From: a virus
IMG/VR virus record: IMGVR_UViG_3300025648_000013
Strand: one strand, 5' to 3'
DNA: 64,000 nt
The position numbers and the translations under genes were made by a program. Shown piece by piece: positions 9,984 to 20,415 of the stretch (within the stretch, counting starts at the first letter, position 1; every line of letters starts with the position of its first letter). A model generated the notes under the pieces. The model was given only the letters and a program-made list of their open reading frames with translations, did not search any database and was not told where the DNA came from.

Positions 9984-10640
9984 AAGTATGGTTTCGTTTA
10001 CATTTGGTTTGATCGTAAGCACAAAAGATATTACATTGGTTCTCATTGGGGAACCGAAGATGATGGATATATCTGTTCTTCAACTTGGATGAGAAACTCC
10101 TACAATAGGAGATACGAAGACTTCAAAAGAAGAATAATCTCACGCATCTATACCAATAGACAAGACCTTCTAGATGAAGAATATCGTTGGCTTTCTATGA
10201 TAAAGAAAGAAGAGTTGAAAACACGATATTATAACTTTTCTAATCATAGACAAGGTCACTGGACTGAAGGCAAAACAACAACCACAAAGCAGCGCATTTC
10301 TGAAAAAACCAAAGAAGCAATGCAAAGATCAGAAGTTCGCGAAAAGTATCTGAAAGGTTTGTCTATTCGTGATAATGGATCTTCAAGACCTGAAGTGAGA
10401 GATAAAAGAAGATTGTCTATGATAGGCAAAAACAAGGGTAAAGTTCGCACCGAAGCAGAGAAAGCGCATCTTAGAGAAATAAATACTGGCAAAAAGATGT
10501 CAGAAGAAACAAAGAGTAAGATAGCAGCCAAGTCTTATTTCAAAGTTGACAAGTGTATTCATTGTGGAACAGAAGCAAATGTAGCAACTTTAGGTAGGTA
10601 TCATAATGGTAGATGTAAATATATTGCAGCACATTACTGA
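9981..10640 (+). CDS. GIY-YIG (Seg-like) homing endonuclease
   Basis: Paralog of 1574-2296; C-terminal 'CIHCG...RYHNGRCK'. Confidence 0.85.
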   Translation: MKYGFVYIWFDRKHKRYYIGSHWGTEDDGYICSSTWMRNSYNRRYEDFKRRIISRIYTNRQDLLDEEYRWLSMIKKEELKTRYYNFSNHRQGHWTEGKTTTTKQRISEKTKEAMQRSEVREKYLKGLSIRDNGSSRPEVRDKRRLSMIGKNKGKVRTEAEKAHLREINTGKKMSEETKSKIAAKSYFKVDKCIHCGTEANVATLGRYHNGRCKYIAAHY

Positions 10641-10667
10641 TTATATACAAGTTGGTGGACAAGTCAA
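10640..10667 (-). promoter_or_regulatory. Sigma70-type promoter, antisense to the late operon
   Basis: TTGACT-N16-TATAAT on minus strand; similar copy at 34580-34607. Confidence 0.6.
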
Positions 10668-10711
10668 TAGATATTCTCGTATAAATATAGAAAATATCAA
10701 AGGAAAAGACC

Positions 10712-11431
10712 TTGCCCACCAACTTCTTCTTCAGGAACAGCGATTACAATCCTGAGCAGAATCTGCTACAGAATCTAGCAGACGAAATGATTCAGATTTT
10801 TGGTATCGATTGCTATTATCTTCCGAGAACAACAAACTATATTGATAAGTTATTTGATGAAGCACCAACGTCTTCATTCAACGTGGCTATTCCACTTGAA
10901 ATGTATATTAATGATTATGAAGGTTTCCAAGGTGAAGGCGATCTACTCAGCAAGTTCGGGCTAAACGTAGCAGACAAACTTACACTATCGGTGAGTCGTC
11001 GTAGGTTCGCACAAGACATCGGTAGCATATACAACTTGATTCGCCCACAAGAAGGTGATCTTGTTTACTTTCCATTCACAACTGGTATTTTTGAAATCAA
11101 GTTCGTTGAACATGAAAGATCCTTCTACCAGACTGGATCGCTACAATACTTTGAGTTGCAGCTAGAGAAGTTCAACTACGATTCGGAACAGTTCAACACT
11201 GGCATCGCAAATATCGATTCGATCCAGCAGAACTATTCAGTGGCAGACAGTAACTTCTGGTATCTCACCGAAGCAAGTTACGATCTTATTACCGAAGCTG
11301 GTTATGATATTGTCAACGAAACTTTTGTTCTAGATGAAATCGATCCGACAACACAGAATGAAGAGTTTGTAGCTTTGGCAAATACCTTCGTGGACTGGTC
11401 GGTTACTAATCCATTTGGGAACGACATTTAG
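10712..11431 (+). CDS. gp14: Neck protein gp14 (TTG start)
   Basis: 'EQNLLQNLADEMIQIFGIDCYYLPR', 'RPQEGDLVYFP', terminal 'NPFG'. Confidence 0.92.
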   Translation: MPTNFFFRNSDYNPEQNLLQNLADEMIQIFGIDCYYLPRTTNYIDKLFDEAPTSSFNVAIPLEMYINDYEGFQGEGDLLSKFGLNVADKLTLSVSRRRFAQDIGSIYNLIRPQEGDLVYFPFTTGIFEIKFVEHERSFYQTGSLQYFELQLEKFNYDSEQFNTGIANIDSIQQNYSVADSNFWYLTEASYDLITEAGYDIVNETFVLDEIDPTTQNEEFVALANTFVDWSVTNPFGNDI

Positions 11432-12156
11432 ATTTTGTGCTTTCTAGCAAAGTGCATAGGAAAGCCACATCTGGCCATTTCTTTTCTACACAAAACACAA
11501 GAGACTCTATGTTTGTTTCTATCTGCCGAAGCTGCTTTCCATTCGTCTGTGCATCTTGCCTTTGCTTTTTCTGACAAACGTTCGCGTAGTTCTTGATTAT
11601 TCATTGCTTCTTTTGTTTCTATAGATATACTATTCTTTTCGTCATTTGTTCTAGAAACTTTATATCTATCGTTTTCCTCTCGTGATTTGGGATTTACTCT
11701 ATATTTCATAAATCTTTTTCTGCAATTTTCCTTTTCTTCTTCTGATTTATTAGACCATCTGATTGAAGCTTCGCTTGACATCTTAGACAATCTTTCCGCA
11801 GTAAAACTATTTCTTTGGTTTTGTTTTGTTTTTTCTGAAAGTTTATAACCACCAGAATTTCTCCAACGAATGTTGGATATCGCTTCATTGATATACATAG
11901 GATTTACATCTACATTGAAGTGTTTGTGTAGATAAGATTCGTGATTTATAGCAGATTCTCTTGTATCAAATATTTTTATGATTTTGGTTTTGAAAAATGA
12001 AGGATTTCGCTTCATCTCTTCAATCCAAACTTTCTTGTGTTTTTTTGATGTAACGGTTCCATGATATCCTCTATTGATTTTGGATATCGTGCTGTAACCG
12101 ATATAGAACGGAGGAAGTTTGTTGCCAATATAAATAGTAATATATGTACAATACAT
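11428..12156 (-). CDS. GIY-YIG homing endonuclease
   Basis: 'YCTY...PFYIGYS'; ATG 12156 follows GGAG RBS in the conserved leader. Confidence 0.8.
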   Translation of the reverse strand: MYCTYITIYIGNKLPPFYIGYSTISKINRGYHGTVTSKKHKKVWIEEMKRNPSFFKTKIIKIFDTRESAINHESYLHKHFNVDVNPMYINEAISNIRWRNSGGYKLSEKTKQNQRNSFTAERLSKMSSEASIRWSNKSEEEKENCRKRFMKYRVNPKSREENDRYKVSRTNDEKNSISIETKEAMNNQELRERLSEKAKARCTDEWKAASADRNKHRVSCVLCRKEMARCGFPMHFARKHKI

Positions 12157-12227
12157 GCTGGAATCTCCTAAGTTTCTAGAGTAGATGGGTTTCGGCCAAG
12201 TCACCGCGATCTACAACTATATTTATA
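12154..12227. ncRNA. HEG-associated structured element, copy 1
   Basis: GTAGAT/ATCTAC stem, CRC/Y loop, second hairpin, late promoter (see findings). Confidence 0.7.
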
Positions 12228-12250
12228 TAAACCGATTCGGGAGAAGTATT

Positions 12251-13264
12251 ATTTTTGGCAACAACTTTTATTTTGGCAGTATCAGAAAGTATATTGTTCT
12301 GTTTGGTTCGTTGTTCAATGATATTCTCATTGATCGCGTCAATGAAGCAGGAGATGCTGTTGATACACTGAAAGTGCCACTATCATATGGTCCAAAAGAT
12401 CGTTATCTCGTTCGACTTCAAGAGAACCCAGACTTGCTACGCCAGGTCAATCAGGTTCTACCTAGAATGTCTTTTGAAATCAAAAGTGTTGAATACGATT
12501 CATCGCGTAAGTTAAACACCATTGGCAAAAATAGAAATCTGACCAATGCTTCGAATGTTCTTGAATATCAGTACAATCCTGTTCCGTACAACTTTAACAT
12601 CGATCTATCGATTCTTGCTAGAAACGCCGATGATGCTTGTCGCATTGTTGAACAGATTTTGCCATTCTTCAAGCCAGAGTGGACAACAGCAATCAATCTC
12701 ATTCCAGAAATGGGTATCGTGATGGATATTCCTGTTGTTTTAAAAAACATTCAGTATGAAGATACTTACGAAGCCAGTTTCAATGACCGGTATGCTATCA
12801 TCTGGGAACTTCAGTTCGTTCTCAAAGGCTATATCTTTGGTCCAATCTCAACACAGGGCGTCATCAATACTGTTGATATCAACTTCCGTGTATCTGGTGA
12901 TAACGATACTTTTGTTGGCACAATCAGTAACGGCAGTAACACAATCTTTACAAATGCCGATATTGATGCTATCGATGTTGGTTCTAGGATTACAGCAAAC
13001 GTTCAAGGATTGCCAGCAAATACAACAGTAACCGCGGTAAATACGACATCGGTTTCACTTAGCAACATATATACTGGTTTAAACTCTAACGTAACCTTTA
13101 CAACTTCTGGCAACTCTCCTATTGCAGAATATGTACAGATTACTCCTGGTCTGGATGCGAATGGAAATCCAACAAGCAATGCTTCCATTTCTATTCCTGT
13201 ATCAGAGATTGAAGCTAACAGCAACTATGGTTACATAAAAGATTGGTTTACAAACATCGGGTGA
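12251..13264 (+). CDS. gp15: Tail sheath stabiliser/terminator gp15 (start uncertain, possibly ATT)
   Basis: 'FYFGSIRKYIVLFGSLFNDI', 'KVPLSYGPK', 'LPRMSFE', 'VEQILPFFKP'. Confidence 0.9.
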   Translation: MFGNNFYFGSIRKYIVLFGSLFNDILIDRVNEAGDAVDTLKVPLSYGPKDRYLVRLQENPDLLRQVNQVLPRMSFEIKSVEYDSSRKLNTIGKNRNLTNASNVLEYQYNPVPYNFNIDLSILARNADDACRIVEQILPFFKPEWTTAINLIPEMGIVMDIPVVLKNIQYEDTYEASFNDRYAIIWELQFVLKGYIFGPISTQGVINTVDINFRVSGDNDTFVGTISNGSNTIFTNADIDAIDVGSRITANVQGLPANTTVTAVNTTSVSLSNIYTGLNSNVTFTTSGNSPIAEYVQITPGLDANGNPTSNASISIPVSEIEANSNYGYIKDWFTNIG

Positions 13265-13267
13265 TCT

Positions 13268-13705
13268 ATGAACATAGCGAATAATCAAATCATTTCACAA
13301 AAACTAGGCCTTAGCCCAATGAATGACTCGGTTGGGTTTCCGACAAAGAAGTTGCCTACACAGGCTATTCTTGTTCAAGACGAAACGCAAACCAATGCAG
13401 AGAACGATTACGACTTTGCACGTAAGAATCTTTATGACATCATCGAAGCTGGTCAGGAAGCACTCACCGACATGCTGGAGTTCGCAAAGCAGTCTCAGTC
13501 GGCATCTGCATACGAAGTTGTTGGTACGCTGGTAAACGGCTTGGTGACAGCTAACCAGAAGCTTTTGAATCTAAGCAAGCAAGTCAAAGAGATCCAGAAG
13601 ATGGACAAAACACCAGAAGAAGCAGAAAAGACTACTGGTAATGTAACTAACAACCTATTTGTGGGTTCTACAGCAGAACTTCATAAGTTGCTTAGAGGAG
13701 ATTAA
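13268..13705 (+). CDS. gp16: Terminase small subunit gp16
   Basis: 'DYDFARKNL...AYEV...VTNNLFVGSTAEL'. Confidence 0.92.
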   Translation: MNIANNQIISQKLGLSPMNDSVGFPTKKLPTQAILVQDETQTNAENDYDFARKNLYDIIEAGQEALTDMLEFAKQSQSASAYEVVGTLVNGLVTANQKLLNLSKQVKEIQKMDKTPEEAEKTTGNVTNNLFVGSTAELHKLLRGD

Positions 13706-13707
13706 AA

Positions 13708-13776
13708 CATAAGTATTATGTGGTTCACGAGACGGCAATCTCCAACCACTCTAACGCTAATAGGAGCATCAGCATG
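13708..13776. ncRNA. HEG-associated structured element, copy 2
   Basis: GTGGTT/AACCAC and GAGA/TCTC stems. Confidence 0.7.
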
Positions 13777-13988
13777 GAAATATTTAATCTACTTATAACC
13801 AAAAAACACAATCGTCATTATGTAATGAGGTATTACAGATATATAAAGTTGTGTCGAAAGACCTAGTAAAAAATGTTACTGGGATGGATTAAACAACAAA
13901 GTGATGAAAAAATATATTGTAGGACAACAACCTGAAGGTTGGTTATTAGGCAATCCTATGAATCCAAAGAAAAAAGTTTTAAATTGAT
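13774..13988 (+). pseudogene. Internally deleted endonuclease remnant (probably HNH-type)
   Basis: N-terminal 'KKHNRHYVMRYYRYIKLC' out of frame with C-terminal 'QQPEGWLLG' DNA-binding tail. Confidence 0.6.
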
Positions 13989-15605
13989 ATGTCACATTAT
14001 TATAACAACAATATCAACCTCAAAGCAATAAATGTTCCTATTCAATGGGACATAGAAAAAGTCAAGGAGTTTAAAAAATGCTCCGAAGATCAAATATATT
14101 TCATTAAAACTTATTGTAAAGTTGTTCATGTTGATCACGGTCTTATGAACTTTGGTCTTTGGCCATTTCAAGAGAACATGATTAATACATTTGAACAAAA
14201 TAGATTTGTAATTTCCAAAATGCCCCGTCAGGTCGGAAAAACAACAACAGTTTGTGCTTATATATTACATAAGATGCTTTTCAATCAAAATTATCAGGTT
14301 GCGATTCTTGCCAACAAAGATGCTCAAGCCCGAGAAATATTGAGTAGAGTTAAACTTATGTTTGAACATCTTCCTGATTGGATGCAACAGGGTGTTAAAC
14401 GCTGGAATGAAGGTGATATTGAATTAGAAAATGGATCGAAGGCTCTTGCGTCCGCAACTGGCGGTTCTGCTGTTCGCGGTAAAACATTCTCTCTACTCGT
14501 ACTTGATGAGTTTGCATTCGTTCCTAATAATATTCAAGAAGAGTTCTTCGCCTCGGTCTATCCTACAGTAACATCTGGTAAGACAACTAAAGTTATCATC
14601 ACATCAACACCAAATGGGATGAATCTGTTTTATAAGTTGTGGTCGGATTCAGAACAAGGGCGCAACACCTACGTTCGCTGCTCTGTTCATTGGAGTGATG
14701 TTCCAGGAAGAGATGAGGATTTCAAAGATGAATATATCAAAAACACCAGTGAACGTCAGTGGCGACAGGAGTTTTGTTGTGAGTTTCTAGGTTCATCTAA
14801 TACACTGATTGATGGCAACAAACTAGCACAACTTACGTATATTGATCCTATCCTAACAAACAATGATGTGGACATGTACGAAGATGTGGATGAGTCTCGT
14901 GTATATGCAACTGTGGTTGATACGTCTCGTGGTTCTGGTATTGACTATTCTGCTTTTATTGTTTTTGATATCACAGACGTACCGTATCGAGTAGTGGCAA
15001 AATATCGTAATAATGAAATCGAATCTCTCGTTTATCCTACAATCATCTATAACGTATCACGACATTACAATAATGCATATGTTCTAGTTGAAATCAATGA
15101 CGTCGGTCAACAGGTGGTGGACATTCTACAGCACGATCTAGAATATGAAAACGTACTGTCAACAAAGACTAAAGGTCGCGCTGGCCAGAAGATCGGCGGC
15201 ACTATGGGCGGTGTTCGTTTTGCTATGGGTGTTCGAACCACAACACAAGTCAAGCGTATTGGTTGTGCCAACTTTAAGAGTTTGGTTGAGAATGATAAAC
15301 TGATAATCAATGACTATGATCTTCTTCAAGAAATGTATCGCTTTGTTGAACACAATGCTAAGTACCAAGCAGAAGAGGGAAGTCATGATGACCTCGTAAT
15401 GTGTTGTGTTTTGTTTTCCTGGTTAGTACATCAAGACTATTTCAAAGAACTAAGCAACAACGATGCAAGACTTGAAGTTTTGGCCAACAACCAGAGACTT
15501 ATTGAAGAAAATCTTGTGCCATTTGGTTATGTTGATGAAGCATGGGAAGATCCCAATGCAGGTGATGATTTCGAATCGTCATTCAGACAGTGGTTGATGA
15601 TGTAG
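13989..15605 (+). CDS. gp17: Terminase large subunit gp17
   Basis: 'PRQVGKTT' Walker A, 'LVLDEFAF' Walker B, 'HDDLVM'. Confidence 0.97.
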   Translation: MSHYYNNNINLKAINVPIQWDIEKVKEFKKCSEDQIYFIKTYCKVVHVDHGLMNFGLWPFQENMINTFEQNRFVISKMPRQVGKTTTVCAYILHKMLFNQNYQVAILANKDAQAREILSRVKLMFEHLPDWMQQGVKRWNEGDIELENGSKALASATGGSAVRGKTFSLLVLDEFAFVPNNIQEEFFASVYPTVTSGKTTKVIITSTPNGMNLFYKLWSDSEQGRNTYVRCSVHWSDVPGRDEDFKDEYIKNTSERQWRQEFCCEFLGSSNTLIDGNKLAQLTYIDPILTNNDVDMYEDVDESRVYATVVDTSRGSGIDYSAFIVFDITDVPYRVVAKYRNNEIESLVYPTIIYNVSRHYNNAYVLVEINDVGQQVVDILQHDLEYENVLSTKTKGRAGQKIGGTMGGVRFAMGVRTTTQVKRIGCANFKSLVENDKLIINDYDLLQEMYRFVEHNAKYQAEEGSHDDLVMCCVLFSWLVHQDYFKELSNNDARLEVLANNQRLIEENLVPFGYVDEAWEDPNAGDDFESSFRQWLMM

Positions 15606-15682
15606 CATCTAGTATTAGTTTTTTATAAATACAATCAAAGCAATCATAATCATAACCTGTTTTTGCGATAAGGGAGATAACA

Positions 15683-17989
15683 ATGGCAATTCAAGTCAGT
15701 CCAGGCGTAAGCGTTACCGAATACGATGCAACCACAACAGTACCTGTCGTTTCGACCACAACTGGCGCTATTGCTGGTGTGTTTCGTTGGGGTCCAATCG
15801 GTCAGCTAGTTCTAGTTGATTCAGAAGTAACTCTATGGAAGCGTTTTGGTAAACCAACCAATCTAAACGCCGAAACATTTTTCACAGCCGCAAACTTCCT
15901 TGCTTATGGTAACTCACTATACGTAAGTCGCGCTGCTAACACAACAGATACTACAACTGACGGTTATGGTACATTTAGTGCTATCGCTGATACAAGTGGC
16001 GCTATTGTTGCTAACGTTGCTGGTAATACGTATTGGGGTTCGAACGTTAACGCAAACTTCAATATCACAAACCAGACAGCATATAATACTGCTGCAAACA
16101 ATGGTCAGTTTTCTTCAAATCCAACATACCTCTATACTGCAAAGTATCCAGGTGCAATCGGTAGCAGCCTTACAATCTCAACGGTTGATACTGCTAACGC
16201 ATATTCATCAAACTTGGTGAATATCTCAAATACAACATTCACATTCAACTCGAATACTGCTGTACTTTCATTCAACGATACTTCAGCCATCATCAATGCT
16301 GCTACTGCTGCTGCTAACCTAGCTTCATATGTTGCATATCAAGCATTAACAGTTGGTGACTGGATCACAATTGGTAATACAACAATCGGTACACAGACAC
16401 TACAGGTTGCTTCAAAGGGCACTGCTCCTGCACTAGTAATCAATGCTGGCGTAACATTCACTGCTTCGTCAAACACTGTTACTGGTCTAAGCGGAATGAC
16501 AAATGCTTACATTGGTTACTCTGTAAGTGCTTCTATTGCTGGTCTTGCTAACAACACCACAATCGTTTCTGTTCCAAGTTCAACATCAGTTGTTCTATCA
16601 AGCGCATTCACAGGATCAACCGGTTCAGCAACAATCAAAGCTGCACAAGAGTTCCTAAACCTTTCATTCTATACTCCATACACAATCTCAACACCTTGGA
16701 ACGTTTCAGGTAACGTTGGTCGTCTATGGCAGTATTACAGTTCTGTAACTGGTGCGCCGGCGGTTTCTTACTACGGTCAGAACTATGGCAATAGTGCTGC
16801 TGTTGATCAGATCCATGCTGTTGTCACAGATACACTAGGCAAGTTCACTGGCGTTCCAGGGCAGATCCTAGAAGTATTCCAGGGAATGTCACGCGCTACA
16901 GATTCTAAGACTGTTGATGGTGCAACCAACTACTATCTCAACATTCTAAATCAAAACTCAAACTATGTTTGGGTAACAAATCTACCAACTGCCTCATATG
17001 CAAACACTTCAGCGAATATGACAACATTGACCGATGTTGTTCCTACATCTATCGCATTTGCTGGTGGTCAAGACGGCTTCTCAGAAAGCAACGTTGGTAC
17101 AAACATCGGGGCAATCACTGCCGCTTATGACCTCTATAAGTCAACAGAGCGTGCTTCAATCTCGCTTCTATTGACTGGTAAGTCAGACGAAACAAATAGA
17201 ACGCTACTTGGCAACTATCTAATCCAGAACATTGCTCAGCCACGTATGGACTGCGTTGTGTTCATTTCACCAAATGCTTCATCAGTTGTCAACAACGTAG
17301 GTAATGAACTTGCTTCTGTTCAAAGCTTCCGTGCTGGCTTAACAGCATCTTCATATGGTGTCATGGATTCTGGCTACAAATATCAGTACGACAAGTACAA
17401 TGACGTATACCGTTATGTTCCACTAAATGGCGACATTGCTGGTCTATGCGTCTATACTGATACGACTAAAGATCCATGGTGGTCACCTGCTGGTTTCAAT
17501 CGTGGTCAGATCAAGAATATTGTCAAGCTTGCTTACAATCCAACCAAGACAGATCGCGATGTTCTATATCCACTAGGCGTTAATCCAGTTGTGACTTTTC
17601 CAGGTCAAGGAACAATCCTATACGGCGATAAGACATTAGCAAACCCATCAGCGTTTGATCGTATTAACGTTCGTCGTCTATTCATTATTCTTGAAAAGAC
17701 AATCGCACAGGCTGCACAGAACTTGCTATTCGAGTTCAACAACTCGTTTACACAAGCACAGTTCGTTTCGATTGTTACACCATTCTTGCAACAGGTACAA
17801 GGCCGCCAGGGCATTACTGCTTTCCAAGTTGTTTGTGACTCAACAAATAACACACCAGCAGTTATCGATGCTAATCAGTTTGTAGGCGACATCTATATCA
17901 AACCAGCACGTTCAATCAACTTTATCCAGTTGAACTTCGTTGCGGTAAGAACAGGTGTTGACTTCAATGAGATTACGGCTGCTATCTAA
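15683..17989 (+). CDS. gp18: Tail sheath protein gp18
   Basis: 'SPGVSVTEYD', 'PWWSPAGFNRG', 'FDRINVRRLF'; late promoter at 15624. Confidence 0.97.
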   Translation: MAIQVSPGVSVTEYDATTTVPVVSTTTGAIAGVFRWGPIGQLVLVDSEVTLWKRFGKPTNLNAETFFTAANFLAYGNSLYVSRAANTTDTTTDGYGTFSAIADTSGAIVANVAGNTYWGSNVNANFNITNQTAYNTAANNGQFSSNPTYLYTAKYPGAIGSSLTISTVDTANAYSSNLVNISNTTFTFNSNTAVLSFNDTSAIINAATAAANLASYVAYQALTVGDWITIGNTTIGTQTLQVASKGTAPALVINAGVTFTASSNTVTGLSGMTNAYIGYSVSASIAGLANNTTIVSVPSSTSVVLSSAFTGSTGSATIKAAQEFLNLSFYTPYTISTPWNVSGNVGRLWQYYSSVTGAPAVSYYGQNYGNSAAVDQIHAVVTDTLGKFTGVPGQILEVFQGMSRATDSKTVDGATNYYLNILNQNSNYVWVTNLPTASYANTSANMTTLTDVVPTSIAFAGGQDGFSESNVGTNIGAITAAYDLYKSTERASISLLLTGKSDETNRTLLGNYLIQNIAQPRMDCVVFISPNASSVVNNVGNELASVQSFRAGLTASSYGVMDSGYKYQYDKYNDVYRYVPLNGDIAGLCVYTDTTKDPWWSPAGFNRGQIKNIVKLAYNPTKTDRDVLYPLGVNPVVTFPGQGTILYGDKTLANPSAFDRINVRRLFIILEKTIAQAAQNLLFEFNNSFTQAQFVSIVTPFLQQVQGRQGITAFQVVCDSTNNTPAVIDANQFVGDIYIKPARSINFIQLNFVAVRTGVDFNEITAAI

Positions 17990-18019
17990 AGCTAACAAGA
18001 TAAAATAGGAGAATAATCA

Positions 18020-18571
18020 ATGACCTTTAGCGTTAACGATATTAAAGCACAACTGGTTGGTGGTGGCGCTCGTCAATCACTATTCAGTGTTCAGTTCAAC
18101 AATCCAGCTTTGTCTATTTCGAATACTAAGGTGCCTTACATGATAAAAGCATCTTCTATTCCGGAAGCAAGATTGGGAAACATTCAAGTTCCTTATTTTG
18201 GTCGTAAGATTAATCTTGCGGGTGACCGTACATATGCGGATTGGACAGTAACCGTAATCAATGATGAAGACTTTATTGTTCGTAATGCGATGGAACAGTG
18301 GTCAAATCAAATCAATAGCTTTCAGGGCAACCTAAGAACTATCGGTTCTTCATCACCGGCCGCATATAAATCAGATGCTACTGTGACACAATATAGCAAG
18401 ACAGGCGCGGCTATTCGCCAATATACTTTTCATGGTATCTATCCTGCTGATGTTTCTGCAATCGATCTAGATTGGAACACAACAGATCAGATCGAAGAGT
18501 TCCGCGTAACATTCATGTACGATTGGTGGGAAGTAACTGGCGGCACTACAGGTATTGCTGGCGGTAACTAA
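18020..18571 (+). CDS. gp19: Tail tube protein gp19
   Basis: 'GGGAR', 'PYFGRKINLAGDRTYADWTVTVINDEDF'. Confidence 0.96.
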   Translation: MTFSVNDIKAQLVGGGARQSLFSVQFNNPALSISNTKVPYMIKASSIPEARLGNIQVPYFGRKINLAGDRTYADWTVTVINDEDFIVRNAMEQWSNQINSFQGNLRTIGSSSPAAYKSDATVTQYSKTGAAIRQYTFHGIYPADVSAIDLDWNTTDQIEEFRVTFMYDWWEVTGGTTGIAGGN

Positions 18572-18607
18572 TATAAGTAGACTGTAAAGGTTTACTAAGG
18601 GATTGTT

Positions 18608-20209
18608 ATGGTAAAGTTATTTGGTTGGGAATTCAAGAGAGAAGAAGAACAACTAGACATCCCATCATTTGCTCCTAGAGAGACGGATGATGGGGCTCTA
18701 GTTGTTTCTGCTGGTGGTACTTACGGTACGTATCTCGACTTAGAAGGTTCTGCTAGGACTGAAGCCGAAATCGTTGCCAAGTATCGCGAAATGTCTATTC
18801 AGCCAGAAGTAGAACTGGCGGTTAATGATATCGTTTCGGAAGCGATTGTCAAAGAAGACAATAAAAAGATTGTCGAAATCAATCTAGACGATATAGAATA
18901 TGCCGACAATATCAAACAGCGTATCTCGGAAGAATGGGAAAAAGTTTCAGGGTTATTTGATTTTAATAACTACGGCTACGAAATCTTCAAGCGTTGGTAC
19001 GTTGATGGTCGTCTATACTACCATGTGATGATCGACATCAATGATCCTCGTTCAGGCATCAAAGAACTACGCTATATTGACCCACGTAAGATCAGAAAGA
19101 TCCGTCCAGTCAAGCGTGTTCGTAAAGGTCAGATTTACACCAACGTAACAGACTCAGAGTTCTACATGTATAATGAACGCGGCTTCAAAGGCGCTTCTGC
19201 TACGGGTATGGACAATCAGGGTCTACAGATCGCCAAGGACTCAATCGTTCACGTCACATCTGGTGTGGTCGATAAAGATAATAAAATCGTCCTTGGCTAT
19301 CTACACAAAGCAATCAAGCCACTTAACCAGCTTCGTATTCTAGAAGACGCTACCGTCATCTACCGTATCTCTCGTGCGCCAGAGCGTCGTATCTTCTCAA
19401 TCGATGTTGGCAATCTACCAAAAATGAAAGCCGAGCAGTATGTTCGCGACATCATGGTCAAGCACAAAAACCGCTTGATCTACGATGCCACGACAGGCAA
19501 CATTCGTGATGATCGTAAGTTCATGACGATGCTAGAAGACTTCTGGTTCCCTCGCCGTGCTGATGGTGGTGGTACTCAGGTTACTACATTGCCTTCAGGT
19601 CAGAACCTAGGCGAACTAGCCGACGTTGAATATTTTGAAAAGAAACTTTATCAGTCGTTAAACGTTCCTGTGTCTCGCATGATCAGCGACTCTGGATTCA
19701 ATCTAGGGCGTTCATCTGAAATCAGCCGCGATGAGTTGAAGTTTCAGAAGTTCATTCTTCGCCTTCGTACCAAGTTTGCAGAACTATTCTACAAGACACT
19801 TGAAAAGCAGCTTATTCTAACTGGTGTTATTTCAGATGTAGACTGGAAAGACATTCACAATAAGATTCACTTTGACTTTCAGGTTGACAACTACTTCGCA
19901 GAGTTGAAGCAAGCTGAAATCGTTACAAACAGAATCAATACACTTGCTCTAGTTGATCCATATGTTGGTAAGTATTACTCAGAAGAGTGGGTGCAGAAGC
20001 AGATCCTACAGCTATCAGATGATGATATTGCACAGATGCAGATTGAAATGCAAGAAGATGTAGAGAAGAACTTTGAGTTGCAGAAGCAGCAAATGGAACT
20101 TCAAGCACAACTTCCTCAGTCACAAATGCCTGATGACGGTTCTGGTGCACCAGCTGGACCTCCTGGACAACAACAAAGTGGGCCAGAAGAACCTCAGCTA
20201 AGTCAGTAA
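18608..20209 (+). CDS. gp20: Portal protein gp20
   Basis: 'WYVDGR', 'IYRISRAPERRIF', 'MLEDFWFPRR'. Confidence 0.97.
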   Translation: MVKLFGWEFKREEEQLDIPSFAPRETDDGALVVSAGGTYGTYLDLEGSARTEAEIVAKYREMSIQPEVELAVNDIVSEAIVKEDNKKIVEINLDDIEYADNIKQRISEEWEKVSGLFDFNNYGYEIFKRWYVDGRLYYHVMIDINDPRSGIKELRYIDPRKIRKIRPVKRVRKGQIYTNVTDSEFYMYNERGFKGASATGMDNQGLQIAKDSIVHVTSGVVDKDNKIVLGYLHKAIKPLNQLRILEDATVIYRISRAPERRIFSIDVGNLPKMKAEQYVRDIMVKHKNRLIYDATTGNIRDDRKFMTMLEDFWFPRRADGGGTQVTTLPSGQNLGELADVEYFEKKLYQSLNVPVSRMISDSGFNLGRSSEISRDELKFQKFILRLRTKFAELFYKTLEKQLILTGVISDVDWKDIHNKIHFDFQVDNYFAELKQAEIVTNRINTLALVDPYVGKYYSEEWVQKQILQLSDDDIAQMQIEMQEDVEKNFELQKQQMELQAQLPQSQMPDDGSGAPAGPPGQQQSGPEEPQLSQ

Positions 20210-20252
20210 TACTATAAATATAAATAAGAATAATCAAAAAGTGGAGAATATT

Positions 20253-20414
20253 ATGTCAGACTATGATTCATCAGATATCGTTAACTTTGCTATTGACGGT
20301 AATATCGTCGGAGTTCAAGCAGCCGTTGATTCTATTCTAAAGGATCGCGTTGCAGAAATCCTAGACGATAAGAAGATTGAAGTAGCAAAGAAGTTTTTTA
20401 ACACAGAGGACTAA
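20253..20414 (+). CDS. Small prohead core protein (gp67-like)
   Basis: 53-aa ORF not in the track, 'ILKDRVAEILDDKKIEVAKKFF', directly after gp20. Confidence 0.7.
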   Translation: MSDYDSSDIVNFAIDGNIVGVQAAVDSILKDRVAEILDDKKIEVAKKFFNTED

Positions 20415-20415
20415 T

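Noticed and set aside
12157-12204. Shared N-terminal peptide 'SRNLGDSSM' in three minus-strand ORFs (also 47350-47397 and 50415-50468)
   Set aside because: It is the translation of the conserved non-coding leader; the GGAG RBS places the real starts at 12156, 47349 and 50414.
12181-12214. GTAGAT/ATCTAC stem as a Cas12a-like CRISPR repeat or TIGR-type array
   Set aside because: Copies are dispersed singly, stem sequences vary, there is no repeat-spacer periodicity and no Cas-like gene.
13708-13776. HEG element as a hammerhead, HDV/theta, twister or pistol ribozyme, or a SAM/preQ1 riboswitch
   Set aside because: I could not place the required core nucleotides on either strand by eye; a covariance search is still needed.
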